DNA of 64,000 bases from Eledone cirrhosa (Eukaryota). Shown in pieces: positions 47,749 to 63,766 of the stretch (positions are counted from its first letter, which is position 1; each line of letters begins with the position of its first letter). The DNA lies in assembly GCA_964016885.1 (NCBI GenBank), contig OZ024741.1, positions 175,336,001-175,400,000 on the forward strand. Reading direction: 5' to 3'. The translations under genes were made by a program, and so were the position numbers. The notes beneath the pieces are model-generated. The model had not been told where the DNA came from. It saw only the letters and a program-made list of their open reading frames with translations, and did no database searches.

Positions 47749-48703
47749 TGTGTGTGTGTGTGTTTGTGTAGCAGAGTAATTCGTGGTAGAGGGATCGGTC
47801 AGTAGGAATGTGTCTGTACGTGTGTGGGGGATATTTTATGATGTTAAAAGATATTTTTCAGCTCTTGTCTTATACGGAGAAGTGTGTGTGTGTGTGTGTG
47901 TATGTCACTTTGTATGTTAATGTACGCGTGTGTATGTGTGTGTGTGTGTGTGTGAGAATGTGTGTGTGTGGGTGGACCAGTATTTTTGTGATACTGGTAA
48001 AAATGGTGTACATTATTCGATATTTTCAGTAAAAACGATTCTCTCAATAGAACATCAAAAACCTTAATAATAAAAGGTGTGAAATGATATATAGTATTGG
48101 CATAAAACCAAGGTGTGTGTGAGTGTCCAGATTGTACGTACTGCAAGGGGAATCCATTAGGCCTTGCCGTATTGGAATACTTGTGTACAAACATGTATGT
48201 GCCCATCAGTGTGCAATGGATGTGTGCGTATATGTATGTGTCGGCACGTTTATATCTATAGACATCAAAAGGTATGCAAATTTGTGTATATTTGTGTTGC
48301 ACCATAGAACATGTGTGTTTACGTATGTCATTGTGTTTATATGTGGATAGAGATGTATGTAGGATGTATGTTGATGTAGGTATATATGTTGACGTGTGTA
48401 TGTTGTGGGTTCGTCTTAGGGAGAAGTGTTTAGACGGGGTCCGTATTTGTTAATAAAGTGAGATTCCTTGGTGATGCGCTGGGTGTGGGTGGCATTATCT
48501 TTAAATTTGTAGAGGGGAAAGATTCTGAAGTTGGGATGATTTTGGGCGGCACAGGTATCAATGTGTTCACTCAGTGGTATTTTCTGTATTCCCGTATTTT
48601 AATTTGGGATCCATGGACAGTCATGCGTTGGCCGAGGCTGTTTTAGGTCTGGCCTATGTATTGTTCTCGACAACCTGAGCAAGTTAATACATATATTAGA
48701 TTT

Positions 48704-48741
<38 letters not shown>

Positions 48742-48745
<4 letters not shown>

Positions 48746-48930
48746 CGAAGGAAATGTGGTAAGGAACCAGGTGGACCATAACGCACCAAAGTACTCAATA
48801 CTTAGGGTAGTAGAGTGGGTAATAGGAACAAGTAAGACCCCGACGGCTGAGCTCAAGCCGTTTCGACGGCTAATTCTGTACAGAATTAGCCGTCGAAACG
48901 GCTTGAGCTCAGCCGTCGGGGTCTTACTTG

Positions 48931-48933
<3 letters not shown>
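48742..48933. mobile_element. Palindromic half-hammerhead mini-element (copy 3)
   Basis: Perfect palindrome 48826-48933 centred on TTCTGTACAGAA. Confidence 0.82.
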
Positions 48934-48997
<64 letters not shown>

Positions 48998-49001
<4 letters not shown>

Positions 49002-49785
49002 AATTAGTATATCTACCAACATATTTATACAGAAGTATACTTATGCTAGCAAGATATAAGTTTTGTCTTAGTAACTTTGTGGTTCAATACAAAAATGTAG
49101 AACAATTATATGAAAGACGTAAAATAAGAAAATTATAATAATTAACTTACTTACTTAAGTTTCACTCCAACTAATTAGTTTCTGAAAGGGGATAAACATA
49201 GTGTTCAAAACCATGGAGAATTCCTTTCTTCATCAGAGAGTCAATTCTCGGCTAAAATCCCTGGCGATAGGCGGACACAGGGAGCTCAAACAAAAATAAT
49301 TCAGTGAATGGAAAAGAAGCAAGCGCGGACTAAATTTCAAGACACTGAAAATTTCACTACCTTCCCGGTCAGTGGCAAATTCGAAAGAATCAATCACGTG
49401 ACATCGAGTATAATCAGTGAGGAGTGGGGTGTTAAAAAGACAGTAGCCAAAGTATTACCATGAATCATAGTAGTAATTCAGGCAAATTTAGCTCAACAAA
49501 TAATTTGGAGATAATTATAAAGAATTAGTATATCTACATACATATTTATACAGAAGTATACTTATGCTAGCAAGATATAGCTTTTGTCTTAGTAACTTTG
49601 TGGTTCAATACAAAAATGTAGAACAATTATATGAAAGACGTAAAATAAGAAAATTATAATAATTAACTTACTTACTTAATTCTCCATGGTTTTGAACACT
49701 ATGTATATCCCCTTTCAGAAACTAATTAGTTGGAGTGAAACTTAAGTAAGTAAGTTAATTATTATAATTTTCTTATTTTACGTCT
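48998..49785 (-). mobile_element. Non-coding PLE pseudo-LTR: partial tandem repeat plus inverted end
   Basis: 48998-49160 is repeated at 49517-49679; 49678-49785 is the reverse complement of about 49115-49222. Confidence 0.78.
49164..49241 (-). ncRNA. Type I HHR with long stem II insert
   Basis: ACTCT-CTGATGA-AGAAAGG..CCTTTCA-GAAAC-TAATTA-GTT/GGAGT. Confidence 0.75.
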
Positions 49786-50257
49786 ATATATATATATCCA
49801 AGGACAAGATTGAGAATGTATTTGAAGTTTCGCTTATGATCGACCTCATTAGTTTGAAGATTCTGTATTAGCAGGTAGTTATGTACATACACACACACAC
49901 ACACACATGTATTGTGTGTGTGTGTGTGTGTCTGTGTGTGTGTGTATGTGTGTGTGGGTGTGGAAAGAGGAAAGAAACCAATCGTTATATCAGAGAAAAG
50001 AAAACTGTTTCCGTTGTTGACACTCTTTGCCTGTAGCAACTTCTGCCAGTGGTGCCACGGCTTCTTCTGTTACAGAAAACCTGTTTTGAACACAAAATGC
50101 GTCAAAGCCGAAATCGATACTACAAAGATTTCCGTCAAGTACTTTAATAATTTTGCCAATCCGCCATCTCTGGACTAGTACTATATTTATCGATTACTAA
50201 AAGATGAAAGACTAAGTTGATCTCCGTGAGATTTGCAATCAGAGAACTGGGACAAAT

Positions 50258-50443
50258 AATTGTTTCTACGTTAGGCACAAGGCCAGCAATTACCCAGTCT
50301 ATTACTGGTACTTTATTTTATCGACCCCGTAAGGATGAAAGGCAAAGTCAACCTCGGCGGGATTTGAACTCAGATCGTAAAGGGACGTAACTATGCTGGA
50401 AAGCATGGCGTCCGACCCTCTACCAATACTGCCAATCCACCGC
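50258..50443 (-). mobile_element. Young SINE with 14-bp TSD nested in an older SINE
   Basis: CTGGGACAAATAAT at 50247-50260 and 50443-50456. Confidence 0.9.
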
Positions 50444-50506
50444 TGGGACAAATAATGCGAAACATTTAATCTCTATCAATTCATCGCTACACACAGAGAG
50501 ACGCAC

Positions 50507-50574
<68 letters not shown>

Positions 50575-50578
<4 letters not shown>

Positions 50579-52337
50579 TAAAATAACAGATTAAAGTTTA
50601 AGCAAAGAATCGCTGCTTTCACCCTTAACGGGATCTTCTGAAACTAACAAAGTCAATCTGTAAATGAAGAACTGGATATTTCAAAAACGTTGCAATCGGA
50701 GGAAGACAGGAAGACGATACTTTGGTTCATGGTGACATTCGCTGGCAAAGAACGGGAAAAAACGAATAATACATCATTAATAGGAGCGGTGAAAAACATT
50801 TACGCGCAGTTAGTACTAACTGTAATTGTAGGAATCGGGCTGATTGTCCCCTATCCGGGAAATGCCTCTCTAGTAACATTGTCTACAAATGTAAGGTTGT
50901 AACACCCACGTCCCGTAGGGCCTACATATGGTTAACCGCCAATAGTTTCAAGCAGCGTCTTTACATGCATACCCATTCTTTTCGTTACCCTCTAAGAAGG
51001 AATATGACGTCACTTTCAGCTTATATCTGGAGTCTAAAAGACAACCACACCCAATATAAGTTACACTGGGAGATCCTAGCTAGGGCTAGATCGTATAACG
51101 GAAATAAAAGACCATGTGACCTCTGCGCCGCCGAGGCCCTGGAAATACTCTACGCCACAGACCACATCTTAAACAAAAAATCTGAGGCAATTTCGGCTTG
51201 TAAACATAAATTGCACAAAACTTTCCTGTATTACAGCCCCACGTTATACCCTAACGGATAGCACGATCTATACGTGGATATTTTACGTCTTGATGTGGGA
51301 GCTAAGTATATGTTTTGTTTATTCCTTTACTTATTTGCATAGGTAAGTATATATTACCCGTATGTTTTGTGAAGATATGTATACCTTCTGGTACGTATAT
51401 TTGACTGTTATGGCGTATAATTTTTACATATTCTGGTATTTAGGGTTTGGTTATGTGTATATGGGAGTTTTGCGTCTGCGTGAGTATGCAGGTTCGTACG
51501 TATGGTGGGTGTGTGTATATGTGTACTTCTTGTTTTAGTTGACTTACGTCTCCGAACCTTCGTGTATTTATTTCTAGGTATGTGTGTGCGCTTGTTATAT
51601 ACGTATTTATTTACTTATATACGTTTATATAATTATTTATTTATTTGTACACAAGCGTACACACATACACATATTTATATGTGCGTGTTTTTGTATACCT
51701 ATGGTAAGGTTTTGCGTATGCTTGTGTATGTACGTTTCTGTTTGCGTGTATGTATTTACTTGTTTCTATTACTTCTGTATTGTATTTATTTACTTTGTTC
51801 TTAACTCTGTAGCGGAGATTCATTCGGTCTCCTAGTTAGAATTTTAGTCTACAACTTCTGCTATACCATTTACGTGGTTTTGTCTTTGCGTGCTATTGTT
51901 CTCCACGCTCCACATATGACTTATTATCTTCGTTTTTTCATTCATTGCCAGAGAACGTTTCTATGCACCACTTAGAGAACATTAGTCTACGACCTCTTTT
52001 ATACCATAAACGTGGTTCTGTCTTTGCGCGTAAATGTTTTTCACCGCTCCTATTAATGACGTATTATTCGTTTTTTCCCGTTCTTTGCCAGCGAACGTCA
52101 CCATGAACCAAAGTATCGTCTTCCTGTCTTCCTCCGGTTGCAACGTTTTTGAAATATCCAGTTCTGCGTTTACAGATTGACTTTGTTAGTTTCAGAAGAT
52201 CCCGTTAAGGGTGAAAGCAGCGATTCTTTGCTTAAACTTTAATCTGTTATTTTAATAAATATTTGCTCTTCGGTTCTTATATATCTGATATATATTTTCC
52301 TTATCGAGCCCTCTTTGGATTTTAGTCTTCAATTTTA

Positions 52338-52350
<13 letters not shown>
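50575..52350 (+). mobile_element. PLE family A 3' end (GIY-YIG C-terminus, long UTR) with inverted pseudo-LTR at 50575-50810
   Basis: SLSAYIWSLKD..CDLCAAE..LNKKSEAISACKHK; CAGAAGA HHRs at 50587-50660 (-) and 52173-52246 (+). Confidence 0.88.
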
Positions 52351-52410
<60 letters not shown>

Positions 52411-52563
52411 GCATGCCTTTTAACATCTGTTTGAGGACACTCATACCAAGTTGATGGGACAACTGGTTGAACAGATCCTAGTTCTTTGATTAGAGCTTAT
52501 TTCAATATTTGGAACCAAGGCTGACGATAAAATAAGTTACTTTTCAAAGGAATCAAACGTTTG

Positions 52564-52618
<55 letters not shown>

Positions 52619-52619
<1 letters not shown>

Positions 52620-52678
52620 TCTTTTACTCTTTTACCTGTTTCAGCCATCCGGCCGAGGCCATGCTGGGGCACCGCCCT
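52619..52678 (-). mobile_element. 3' end of an octopus-type SINE
   Basis: CTCTTTTACTCTTTTACCTGTTTCAGCCAT..GGCCATGCTGGGGCACCGCC, recalled as an abundant octopus repeat end. Confidence 0.55.
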
Positions 52679-52842
52679 ATAAATATATATATTTATTAAA
52701 ATATCAGATTAAAGTTCACCTTTAACGGGATCTTCTGAAACTCTGAGTTTATATATTTGCTCTACGGTTCTTATTTATTTGATATATATTTATCCTCATC
52801 GAGCCCGCTTTGGATTTTTGTCTTCAAATTTATTATTATTAC

Positions 52843-52877
<35 letters not shown>

Positions 52878-52994
52878 GTGTATGAATATATGAATATATG
52901 AATATATGACACACACACACATACACACACACACACACACACACGCATGTATTTATATATATATGACTTCTTCAGCTCTAGAATAAAATCATCA

Positions 52995-53155
52995 TTCCTG
53001 ATGATTTCCTACGAATGAAACAGTTATAGTCCTGTACAAGTCATTTCTATATAAATAAAGAGGCTTATACTTTACCAACGTATTGAGTACCTTTGTGATT
53101 AACTGTGATTAACTGTGATTACTCCCAAAACACCACTCGGGAACCTAGATTTCAT
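52995..53155 (+). mobile_element. Short PLE terminus with HHR (52995-53039)
   Basis: TTC-CTGATGA-TTTC CTAC GAAT-GAAAC-AG..CT-GTA; tail shared with 33870, 57585 and 8348 copies. Confidence 0.7.
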
Positions 53156-53484
53156 ATGCATAAATATATGTGAGTGTGTGTGTGTGTGTGTGAGTGTGTG
53201 TGTGTATTATCATTGGATACCTTCTTTGGCGATAAAATCGATTTTGACATTTGTTAAGCGGAAACCTAAAAACCTATTACTAAAATAGAACTGAGAGCAT
53301 TTTGCAATTTAGTATAATGTATATGAGTAAAAGTATTCTGCATTTAACATATTTGTACGGCACTAATGCTCAAATATTCAAAGTTATCACACATTCGAAT
53401 CTTAAAAGTTTCATTCCAGAGAGCGGGCTCTTGAAACTGCTGCGCTGTATTAGCTATAAAACTATAAAATATATACACAATACT

Positions 53485-53575
<91 letters not shown>

Positions 53576-53991
53576 TCACGTATATATATATATTCACGTA
53601 TACATATATATTCACGTATATAAACAGGCACATATATAATGTACGTATGACATGAGTAGAATACGGGTTCAGCACTATAAGTGCCAAAATAACAACAGTA
53701 TTTTGTCCATAAAAAATGTATCCATCAGAAAACTTCTGTAAAACATGAGAACTAGTGACATCTGTTGAGCCTAATATTGCTTAAAAGTGTAACATGTGTG
53801 TAAAGACGTCAAAGTTTTTGATGGATGATGAGATTCACAGGAAATATCCATTAGTTATAAGTATGATGGTGTACATCAGATTTGATAAACATCGGCACTA
53901 TATATAATATACAATTAGTCGTGTGTATGTATATATTTTTGTATTATTTATATTGTATGTGTGTATCCATCCATCTATCTATCTATATATG

Positions 53992-54121
<130 letters not shown>

Positions 54122-54480
54122 TGTCCCTCACTCTCTCTATATATATAGGTATATATACGTACATACATACGTATACATATATATATATATATGTATATAT
54201 ATATACACAACTATATATCTTTGAGCTAATATTATTATTATTACTGTGAACTGCGGAATGCTCTTAATTCCGATGCTAGTATATATATATTTATATATAT
54301 GTATATATATATATGTATATAGTTAAATTACATATAGATACGTATGTGAATATACGTGTGTATGCATACGAGTGTATATATGTGTGTATGTATATATATG
54401 CGTATATATGTGTGCGTGAAAATGTGCGTATGTATATGTCTGCATATATATGTGACTATATGTGTGCGTATATGAATATA

Positions 54481-54659
<179 letters not shown>

Positions 54660-54700
54660 ATATATATGGACATGTCTAAATATATATGTATAAACATGTG

Positions 54701-54772
<72 letters not shown>

Positions 54773-54939
54773 CGCGTGTGTGTGTGTGTGTGCGTATGGC
54801 ATTCTATTCTTAAGTTCATATCTTTCTATTTACTCTCCTATCTTTCTTTCTGTCATGTAATGAAAGACTAACACCCGAAACCTTATGAACTTTTCCTACA
54901 ATCTCTCTCTCTCTCCCTCTCTCTCTCTCCCCCTCTCTC

Positions 54940-54997
<58 letters not shown>

Positions 54998-55083
54998 CAT
55001 ATATGAATATATATATATATATATAAATAAATAAATATATATATATATATAAATATATATATAAATATATATATATATACACA

Positions 55084-55114
<31 letters not shown>

Positions 55115-55157
55115 ATATATATTTATATATATTTATATATATATAAAGAAATAAATT

Positions 55158-55204
<47 letters not shown>

Positions 55205-55209
<5 letters not shown>

Positions 55210-55392
55210 AACGAGTAGGACCCCGACGGCTGAGCTCAAGCCGTTTCGACGGCTAATTCCAGAATTAGCCGTCGAAACGGCTTGAGCTCAGCCGTCGGGG
55301 TCCTACTCGTTCCTATTACCCACTCTACTACCCTAAGTATTGAGTACTTTGGTGCGTTATGGTCCACCTGGTTACTTACCACATTTCATCCG

Positions 55393-55394
<2 letters not shown>
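55205..55394. mobile_element. Palindromic half-hammerhead mini-element (copy 4, opposite orientation)
   Basis: Arms 55205-55259 / 55262-55316. Confidence 0.82.
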
Positions 55395-55444
<50 letters not shown>

Positions 55445-55448
<4 letters not shown>

Positions 55449-55776
55449 CGGGTAAAATTCCCGAGGTCCATGGACGAGTTCTCTCCAGCGGTCTCTGTCC
55501 CTCATTGTCGCTGCCATGTCCTGCGTCTCCAACAGACCAGTGTCTGTCCTTAGGGCATCAACATACGTTAACCTTGGTCTTCCTCTTCCAGTGTGTCCAT
55601 TTAGGGGCTCCCACAGGAGCACTGAGTACAATATCAACTCTGGATGTCGGTGAGCATGTCCAGCTAAGCTCAGTCTCCTCTGTGTCACTTTTGAGATGAC
55701 TCTTGGGAGGCTCCCATAGAACTCTGAGTTTTTCATCTGAGGATGGCTCTGAACATTAATCAGTATACACTGAGGA
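55445..55776 (-). mobile_element. RTE 3' fragment with ~40-bp 5' inversion
   Basis: GRGRPRLTYVDALRTDTG; 55737-55776 is inverted relative to 7346-7385. Confidence 0.8.
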
Positions 55777-55924
55777 TATATATATATATATATATATAAA
55801 TATATTTATATATATACACACACACATATATATATACATGTATAAATATATGTATATATATTTATATATGAATAAATATATAGATATATTTATATGTATA
55901 TATATATACACACACACACACATA

Positions 55925-56000
<76 letters not shown>

Positions 56001-56123
56001 TACATATATAGATATATACACACATATATACATATGTGCGTATGGATATATGCGTATGGATATATGTATATATGAATATATATATATGTATATGTGAGTG
56101 TGTTTGTATGATCATATGTAGAG

Positions 56124-56172
<49 letters not shown>

Positions 56173-56876
56173 ATTTATTTATTTATTTATTACCACTTAT
56201 ACAAGCACTCTGATATTATACAAAATCACTATTATTCACAGATGTACGGACATATTGACATGAATTCTGAAATATATAGAAATTCCCAATTACACAATTA
56301 CGTTAGACATTAAAAATACGATTAAATTTGTTTATTTTGAGTTAATGCCTTCTATCTTTTGTAGTAGCTGAAGAAGCAATTAAACAGACCATTTTCGATG
56401 TGTAGAATATGCTTCCCTGTTGTTAATATGGCCAAAAATAAACACCTCATACAATTATATACATCATTTATGCTCCAGAGAGTTCAGGCAAAATCCAAGA
56501 TTAATGTGTAAATGTGTTTAAAGAAGTAAAAAAAAATTAGAAAGCATATCTGGAATGCAAGATGGATATAGTTGCTATAAAACATAATGGATGCGTCAAC
56601 AATAACAAAAATATTAGTGATCTTGTGTTGTATAATGGCGGAAAAGAAGAAAAAATAAAATTAAATGGTAGTGAACCACGTGTTAGTAAAAAGAGAGATA
56701 GGGAGAACTTCGATGTTTTTGTGGAAATTTGAGAGGGTGTTGGTAGTGTCAGCAACATATCGTAGTTGCTATCTAGGTGTTTAAATAATACGTGATATCA
56801 TATGGGTGTTTTCATTGTTTTCATCAGAGACATCGGAGACATCGGAGAGAGATAATAGACACAAGTGAGGTGTAAA

Positions 56877-56990
56877 TAAAATAGATTTAGATATGTTAGG
56901 TATAATTGTTTGGTTAAAATAGATTTAGATATGTTAGGTATAATTGTTTGGTTAAAATAGATTTAGATATGTTAGGTATAATTGTTTGGT
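56877..56990. repeat. 38-bp tandem repeat, 3 copies
   Basis: TAAAATAGATTTAGATATGTTAGGTATAATTGTTTGGT x3. Confidence 0.95.
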
Positions 56991-57476
56991 TTCACGCCAC
57001 CAACTAAGAAATAGTACATATATTTAAAACATCAGGTATTAAGTTTCGGCCTGCAATACGTTCTTGTACTAGAGTTTCGAATCGATATTGAATCAATTGG
57101 TTTTTCAGAAATTATGTGTGAATCTGTCCTAGCCTCAAGATAAAACACTTCCGTTTCTGTTGTTTATAGGGAAAGATTGCTTGCTTTTAGATTAATGCAG
57201 TATTGAAATAGCAAAGAGCAGCTCCTAAAATAAATGTTACCACTTACCTTAGATGAAGCGAGCCTGTTAAATATGGAAATATATCCTTCCCTCTCACCAT
57301 CTCCTTTTCTTTTCTAGTTAGGATAGAATGTTTCCGGGCACGTTTAAGCTTAAATGTACTCACACGCCCCCCCCCCCCCCCCCCCGCCACACACACACAA
57401 ACTCATACACGCGCTCACACACTGGTATACATAAAATCCCAGTATATACATACCGTCATGCCCTACTAAATGGACA

Positions 57477-57515
<39 letters not shown>

Positions 57516-57525
57516 ATATATATAT

Positions 57526-57722
57526 AATATAGAAATGTCTTCTACAGTACTAGAACCTTCTCATTCGGGAGAAATCATCAGGGCTTTCCAGATGATTTCT
57601 CCCGATTGAAACACTTCTAGTCCTGTAGAAGCAATTTCTATATTAAATATGATTAAATATGTTACCCAGCTATGTATTGAGTACCTTACTTATTGTGGTT
57701 ACTCCCGATTGAACCCGGGATA

Positions 57723-57725
<3 letters not shown>
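57526..57725. mobile_element. Head-to-head pair of HHR-bearing PLE termini
   Basis: Minus-strand CTGATGA motif ending about 57583 and plus-strand CAGATGA..GAAAC..GTA at 57585-57632. Confidence 0.7.
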
Positions 57726-57782
<57 letters not shown>

Positions 57783-57866
57783 GAGGTTATATTTAATTTG
57801 TTGGGATACAACAGGTTGCATTTTTCAGGGTATGTCAATGTTTATTTATAAAACTAATCTATATTA

Positions 57867-57932
57867 TATTTTATCTGATGAAAGCGCACCATAATCTGCA
57901 TTGGTGGCCCTTGAAATATGTATAATGAAATA
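57867..57932 (+). ncRNA. Type I HHR (same family as 13749 and 27971)
   Basis: TATTTTAT-CTGATGA-AAGCGCACCA..TGGTGGCCCTT-GAAA-TATGTA-TA/ATGAAATA. Confidence 0.75.
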
Positions 57933-57979
57933 AATATGGTTTTATAAATATAGTTTCCATTTGTTAATATATTGTATAT

Positions 57980-58325
57980 CACATATGACTTATTATCTTC
58001 ATTTTTTCGTTCATTGCCAGAGAACGTCTCTATGCACCACCTAAGAGAACATTAGTCTACAACCTCTTTTATACCATAAACGTGGTTCTGTCTTTGCGCG
58101 TAATTGTTTTTCACCGCTCCTATTAATGACGTATTATTCGTTTTTTCCCGTTCTTTGCCAGCGAACGTTTCCACGAACCAAAGTATCGTCTTCCTGTCTT
58201 CCTCCGGTTGCAACGTTTTTTGAAATATCCAGTTCTGCGTCTACAGATTGACTTTGTTAGTTTCAGAAGATCCCGTTAAGGGTGAAAGCAGCGATTCTTT
58301 GCTTAAACTTTAATCTGTTATTTTA

Positions 58326-58331
<6 letters not shown>
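57980..58331 (+). mobile_element. PLE family A 3' UTR (CAGAAGA-HHR subfamily)
   Basis: Homologous to 7870-8220; HHR at 58244-58317. Confidence 0.82.
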
Positions 58332-58413
<82 letters not shown>

Positions 58414-58560
58414 CTGAATGTGTGGTTGTAATTACTGAATACGACTGACGTACAAGACAAATGAACTTGCTTCGTGAAACTCCGAATACCCAAGAAGGTA
58501 TACGCCTATTTGGCATTTTTAATCAATATAGTATATAAATATTTGTATATATATATACAT

Positions 58561-60495
<1,935 letters not shown>

Positions 60496-61688
60496 CACTA
60501 TAACACGCGCACATACATGTGTGTGTGTTTTATGTTGAATAATTGTTCTGCGATGCAGCTGATTAACGATATTTAGGAGACACCAATTGTGTTAAGTAAC
60601 ATCCAATAATTCACTCTCACATTAATTTCAAGTACATCAACACAATGAATCATCCGATTGAAATTATACTGCATCCTCTCAAAAATTCGTAAGGTGTATC
60701 TATATAATGTACTCCTCATTAGGCTTTATCATGGTTTGGTTTAAATACTTATGTTCATAGGTTTCCTCGATCAAGACCGACTTAAGGTTAAATAATAACT
60801 TCAATAACATGAACAACTGAGCAGAAGCGTTTTGGTTTCTTTTCTCAATCTATACGGATCTGATATTTACATTGAAGTAGGCATTACAAATTATGGTGTA
60901 ATGACTGTCTTCGATGGAATTTGAAGCACAGGGATTCAAATAAGTGTAATTAAGCAGAAACATAATTCTTTCAAAAATCTTACTTCTAATAGAAGAATCC
61001 GAGGAACTGTAATTTAACACAAACGTTCTAATTCGGAGTCGAGAGTTAATTTATTGTTGAACCGAAGAGTTCAATAATGAATATAGTAAAACTAGATTCA
61101 AATGATAAACAAGGAGGAAAAAATAAGAGTTGACAAAAAATAAATATTGAAGAATGTTGAGCGGCTCATCTCAGATGCGCTCTGCTGAGAAGATGGCGAA
61201 AGCCTTGCAGCGGAGAAAAATCAGCGACACCCACTGCATCAGCAATTTCACCTCAGGGATCTTTTTCCTCAGGCAGGATGTACTCATTCTAATTTTGCGG
61301 AGGAAAACGGCAATTCCAAGACGCACCCAGCACACCGGAGATCTCGGCGATGACCGACACCAAAAGGAAACGGTCGGTCAAATACTAGTTGCTGAATATC
61401 TTCGACTCCTCTGCGTTTCAGAGGGTAGTGACCAGTCGAAACGCTTACAATGATGAATGTTCCAGTTGTTTGATAAAAGGAACAGTTTGCTCATTAAACT
61501 AAATTGCAAGTGGCTGAGCATTCGATAGACTCGTATATATTTAAGGTAGTTTTCCGTGTGTGACAAAACGGGATTACTGAATTACAAGTACGGTAAATAA
61601 AGTGTCTTGTTCGAGGACAGAACGCACTGGCGAAAAGTCGAACTCATAACCCTACAATCTTGAGCCGAATACACTCTACCCTCTAGAC

Positions 61689-62423
61689 TAGGGGTCGGCA
61701 ACCTTTTGGGGTGTGCGGGCCACATTGCTATGCAGTGTCTCGTTGGCGGGCCACATAGCTATGCAGTGACTCGTCGGCGGACCATGATATCAAATAAGTA
61801 ATAAGAACATATGTAAAAACGAATACAATAATATGATAAAATACTATGACATTTTTAATAAACTGTGACAAAACTACGATACCTGGCAGTGTATTTAGAT
61901 CAGTGTTGCCATTTGTTCAATGAAAAAAAATTACTTCTAATAATACTGAACAAGCTTAATATAGAAACATAAATGAACATTGATTATTATCGAATACAGT
62001 CACTTACAAATGTTTTACTACCAGACAGAAAACTCAAATGAAAGATTTTGAAGATGAAATGAAATAATTGTATGCCAGACACACAGACATTTTTGGGTAA
62101 GTCTGTGTCATTCCACATCCCTGCCATACAAATACTATGTATGCTCATATATACATGAATACACACACACACAGTCCCCTTGACCTCAATGCCTGACTAT
62201 TCTATCTGTCTGAGTTTGATTGTTTGTTACTGTCACGCAAAATATTACCTTCAGCTAAGCAAGTCTTGTGGCTAGACGTGTTCTTTAGTCGGTATTATAA
62301 TCCAAAATAATTCAGAGCACTTTTACAGGGATCGCTTAGCTTAAGATTGAAACCTGCTGGCGGCCGGACAAAAACCCTTCGCGAGCCGGATGTGGCCCAC
62401 CGGTCGGAGGTTGCCGACCCCTG
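61689..62423. mobile_element. hAT (Charlie-like) non-autonomous DNA transposon
   Basis: TIRs TAGGGGTCGGCAACC / GGTTGCCGACCCCTG; 8-bp flanks CTCTAGAC and CTCTTCAC; subterminal GCGGGCCACA repeats. Confidence 0.85.
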
Positions 62424-62629
62424 CTCTTCACCAAGTAACTTTACAATGAAGTACTAAGAGATAATGAAGTGGAATGTTTCCAGTCATAGATCGGAACCGT
62501 AACCTGCTCACTGGTTGTCAGCACCATACCTCAGCGATGCTCAGCAGTACAAATAAGTGTGTAAATTGTAACAGGACGATGTATGCTTCCTACTTTAAGC
62601 CCAATGACAACAATTTGTTGTGAGAGGAA

Positions 62630-62790
62630 ATATGATTATATCGACTCCTGTTCTTTACTAGTACTTTATATTATCGACCCCGGAAGCATGAAAGATAAAG
62701 TTGACTTCGGTGGGATTTGAACCCAGAAAGTGGAAAGTGGTAACTAAATATCGCAAAGCATTTTCTCCGACGCCCTACAGATACTGCTTA
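62630..62790 (-). mobile_element. Older SINE copy with the same core
   Basis: TTATCGACCCCGGAAGCATGAAAG..GGGATTTGAACCCAG. Confidence 0.7.
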
Positions 62791-63160
62791 TCCAAAGCTC
62801 TCACAAGAGGATGTATAATAAGCAAGACTCAATCTACAACCAACAAAGAAAAATAAATAGTCTTCAACAACGTAACGTTGAAAAGGTAGACAGACTCGAA
62901 TATAAATGAAGAGAATAAGATGATGCCAAAGTAATGATAAAGAAATAAATAAAGTAATCAAATGTGAAGAAAGATTGTGTCGCTGTTCCAGACAGGCTAG
63001 CACAACAATGGTTTAATCAGCCAAAGAAAAACTGCTATAAATTACATAGAGACATATATCGTACATATGTACTTGCATACGACACTTACATACGTAGGTA
63101 CATATGTATTTATATATATGCGCACACACACACAAACACCCTCCATATATATATATATAC

Positions 63161-63766
63161 ATTGAGTCGGTGTAACAAGGATCAACGAAAACTTTAAAGT
63201 TTGCGATAACAACAGAGTTTAACGGTAATACTGTTCACTATGAATAATGTTGTTTTCTTCAAAACACTGTCGACTTTTAACGAAATTGTCCAATGATTTG
63301 TAAAAAAAAAAATGCTTATTTGTCCAACTGCATTGAACAACTTCAATTCCGTTGTCCGCAATGCTGGTAATCAACAAATGATGAATCGGTCGATCGACTT
63401 GGTCAGTGATGAGGAAAATGGCGATTGGTGATTCGCTCATCTATAAAACTTGCTGCCAGCAATGATTTTTCTCACTTTTCCCAATTGATAGTAAATTAAA
63501 GGGAAGAGACGCAAATCTCCTTTATATTGTTAGGTAACTGTTGTGTTGGAACACTTTCGAGACGTACTTTTTAAACGATGTATAATACGTGATGTTTCAA
63601 CATTTAACAATATTTATCTTTAGTAATTTCATTCCATTATCAAGGATTTAAAGTGAAATAACATTTTTACACAAACAGAAAAGCTAAACAAAATACTTTC
63701 CCCCACACCAAACGCAATGACTTTGTTTTTATATGTGCAACTAATTGAAGTGTTTCACCACTCAAC
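63161..63766 (-). mobile_element. Possible highly decayed Tc1/mariner remnant
   Basis: Weak TIR pair (TTGAGTCGGTG / CACCACTCAA); ORF 63219-63440 loosely resembles a mariner transposase C-terminus. Confidence 0.3.

Noticed and set aside
58438-58505. HHR-like CTGACGT..GAAAC..GTA
   Set aside because: Stems I and III are weak and A9 is altered; insufficient support
61154-61453. 99-aa ORF in a GC-richer unique stretch
   Set aside because: No recognisable domain or convincing splice signals; cannot support as an exon
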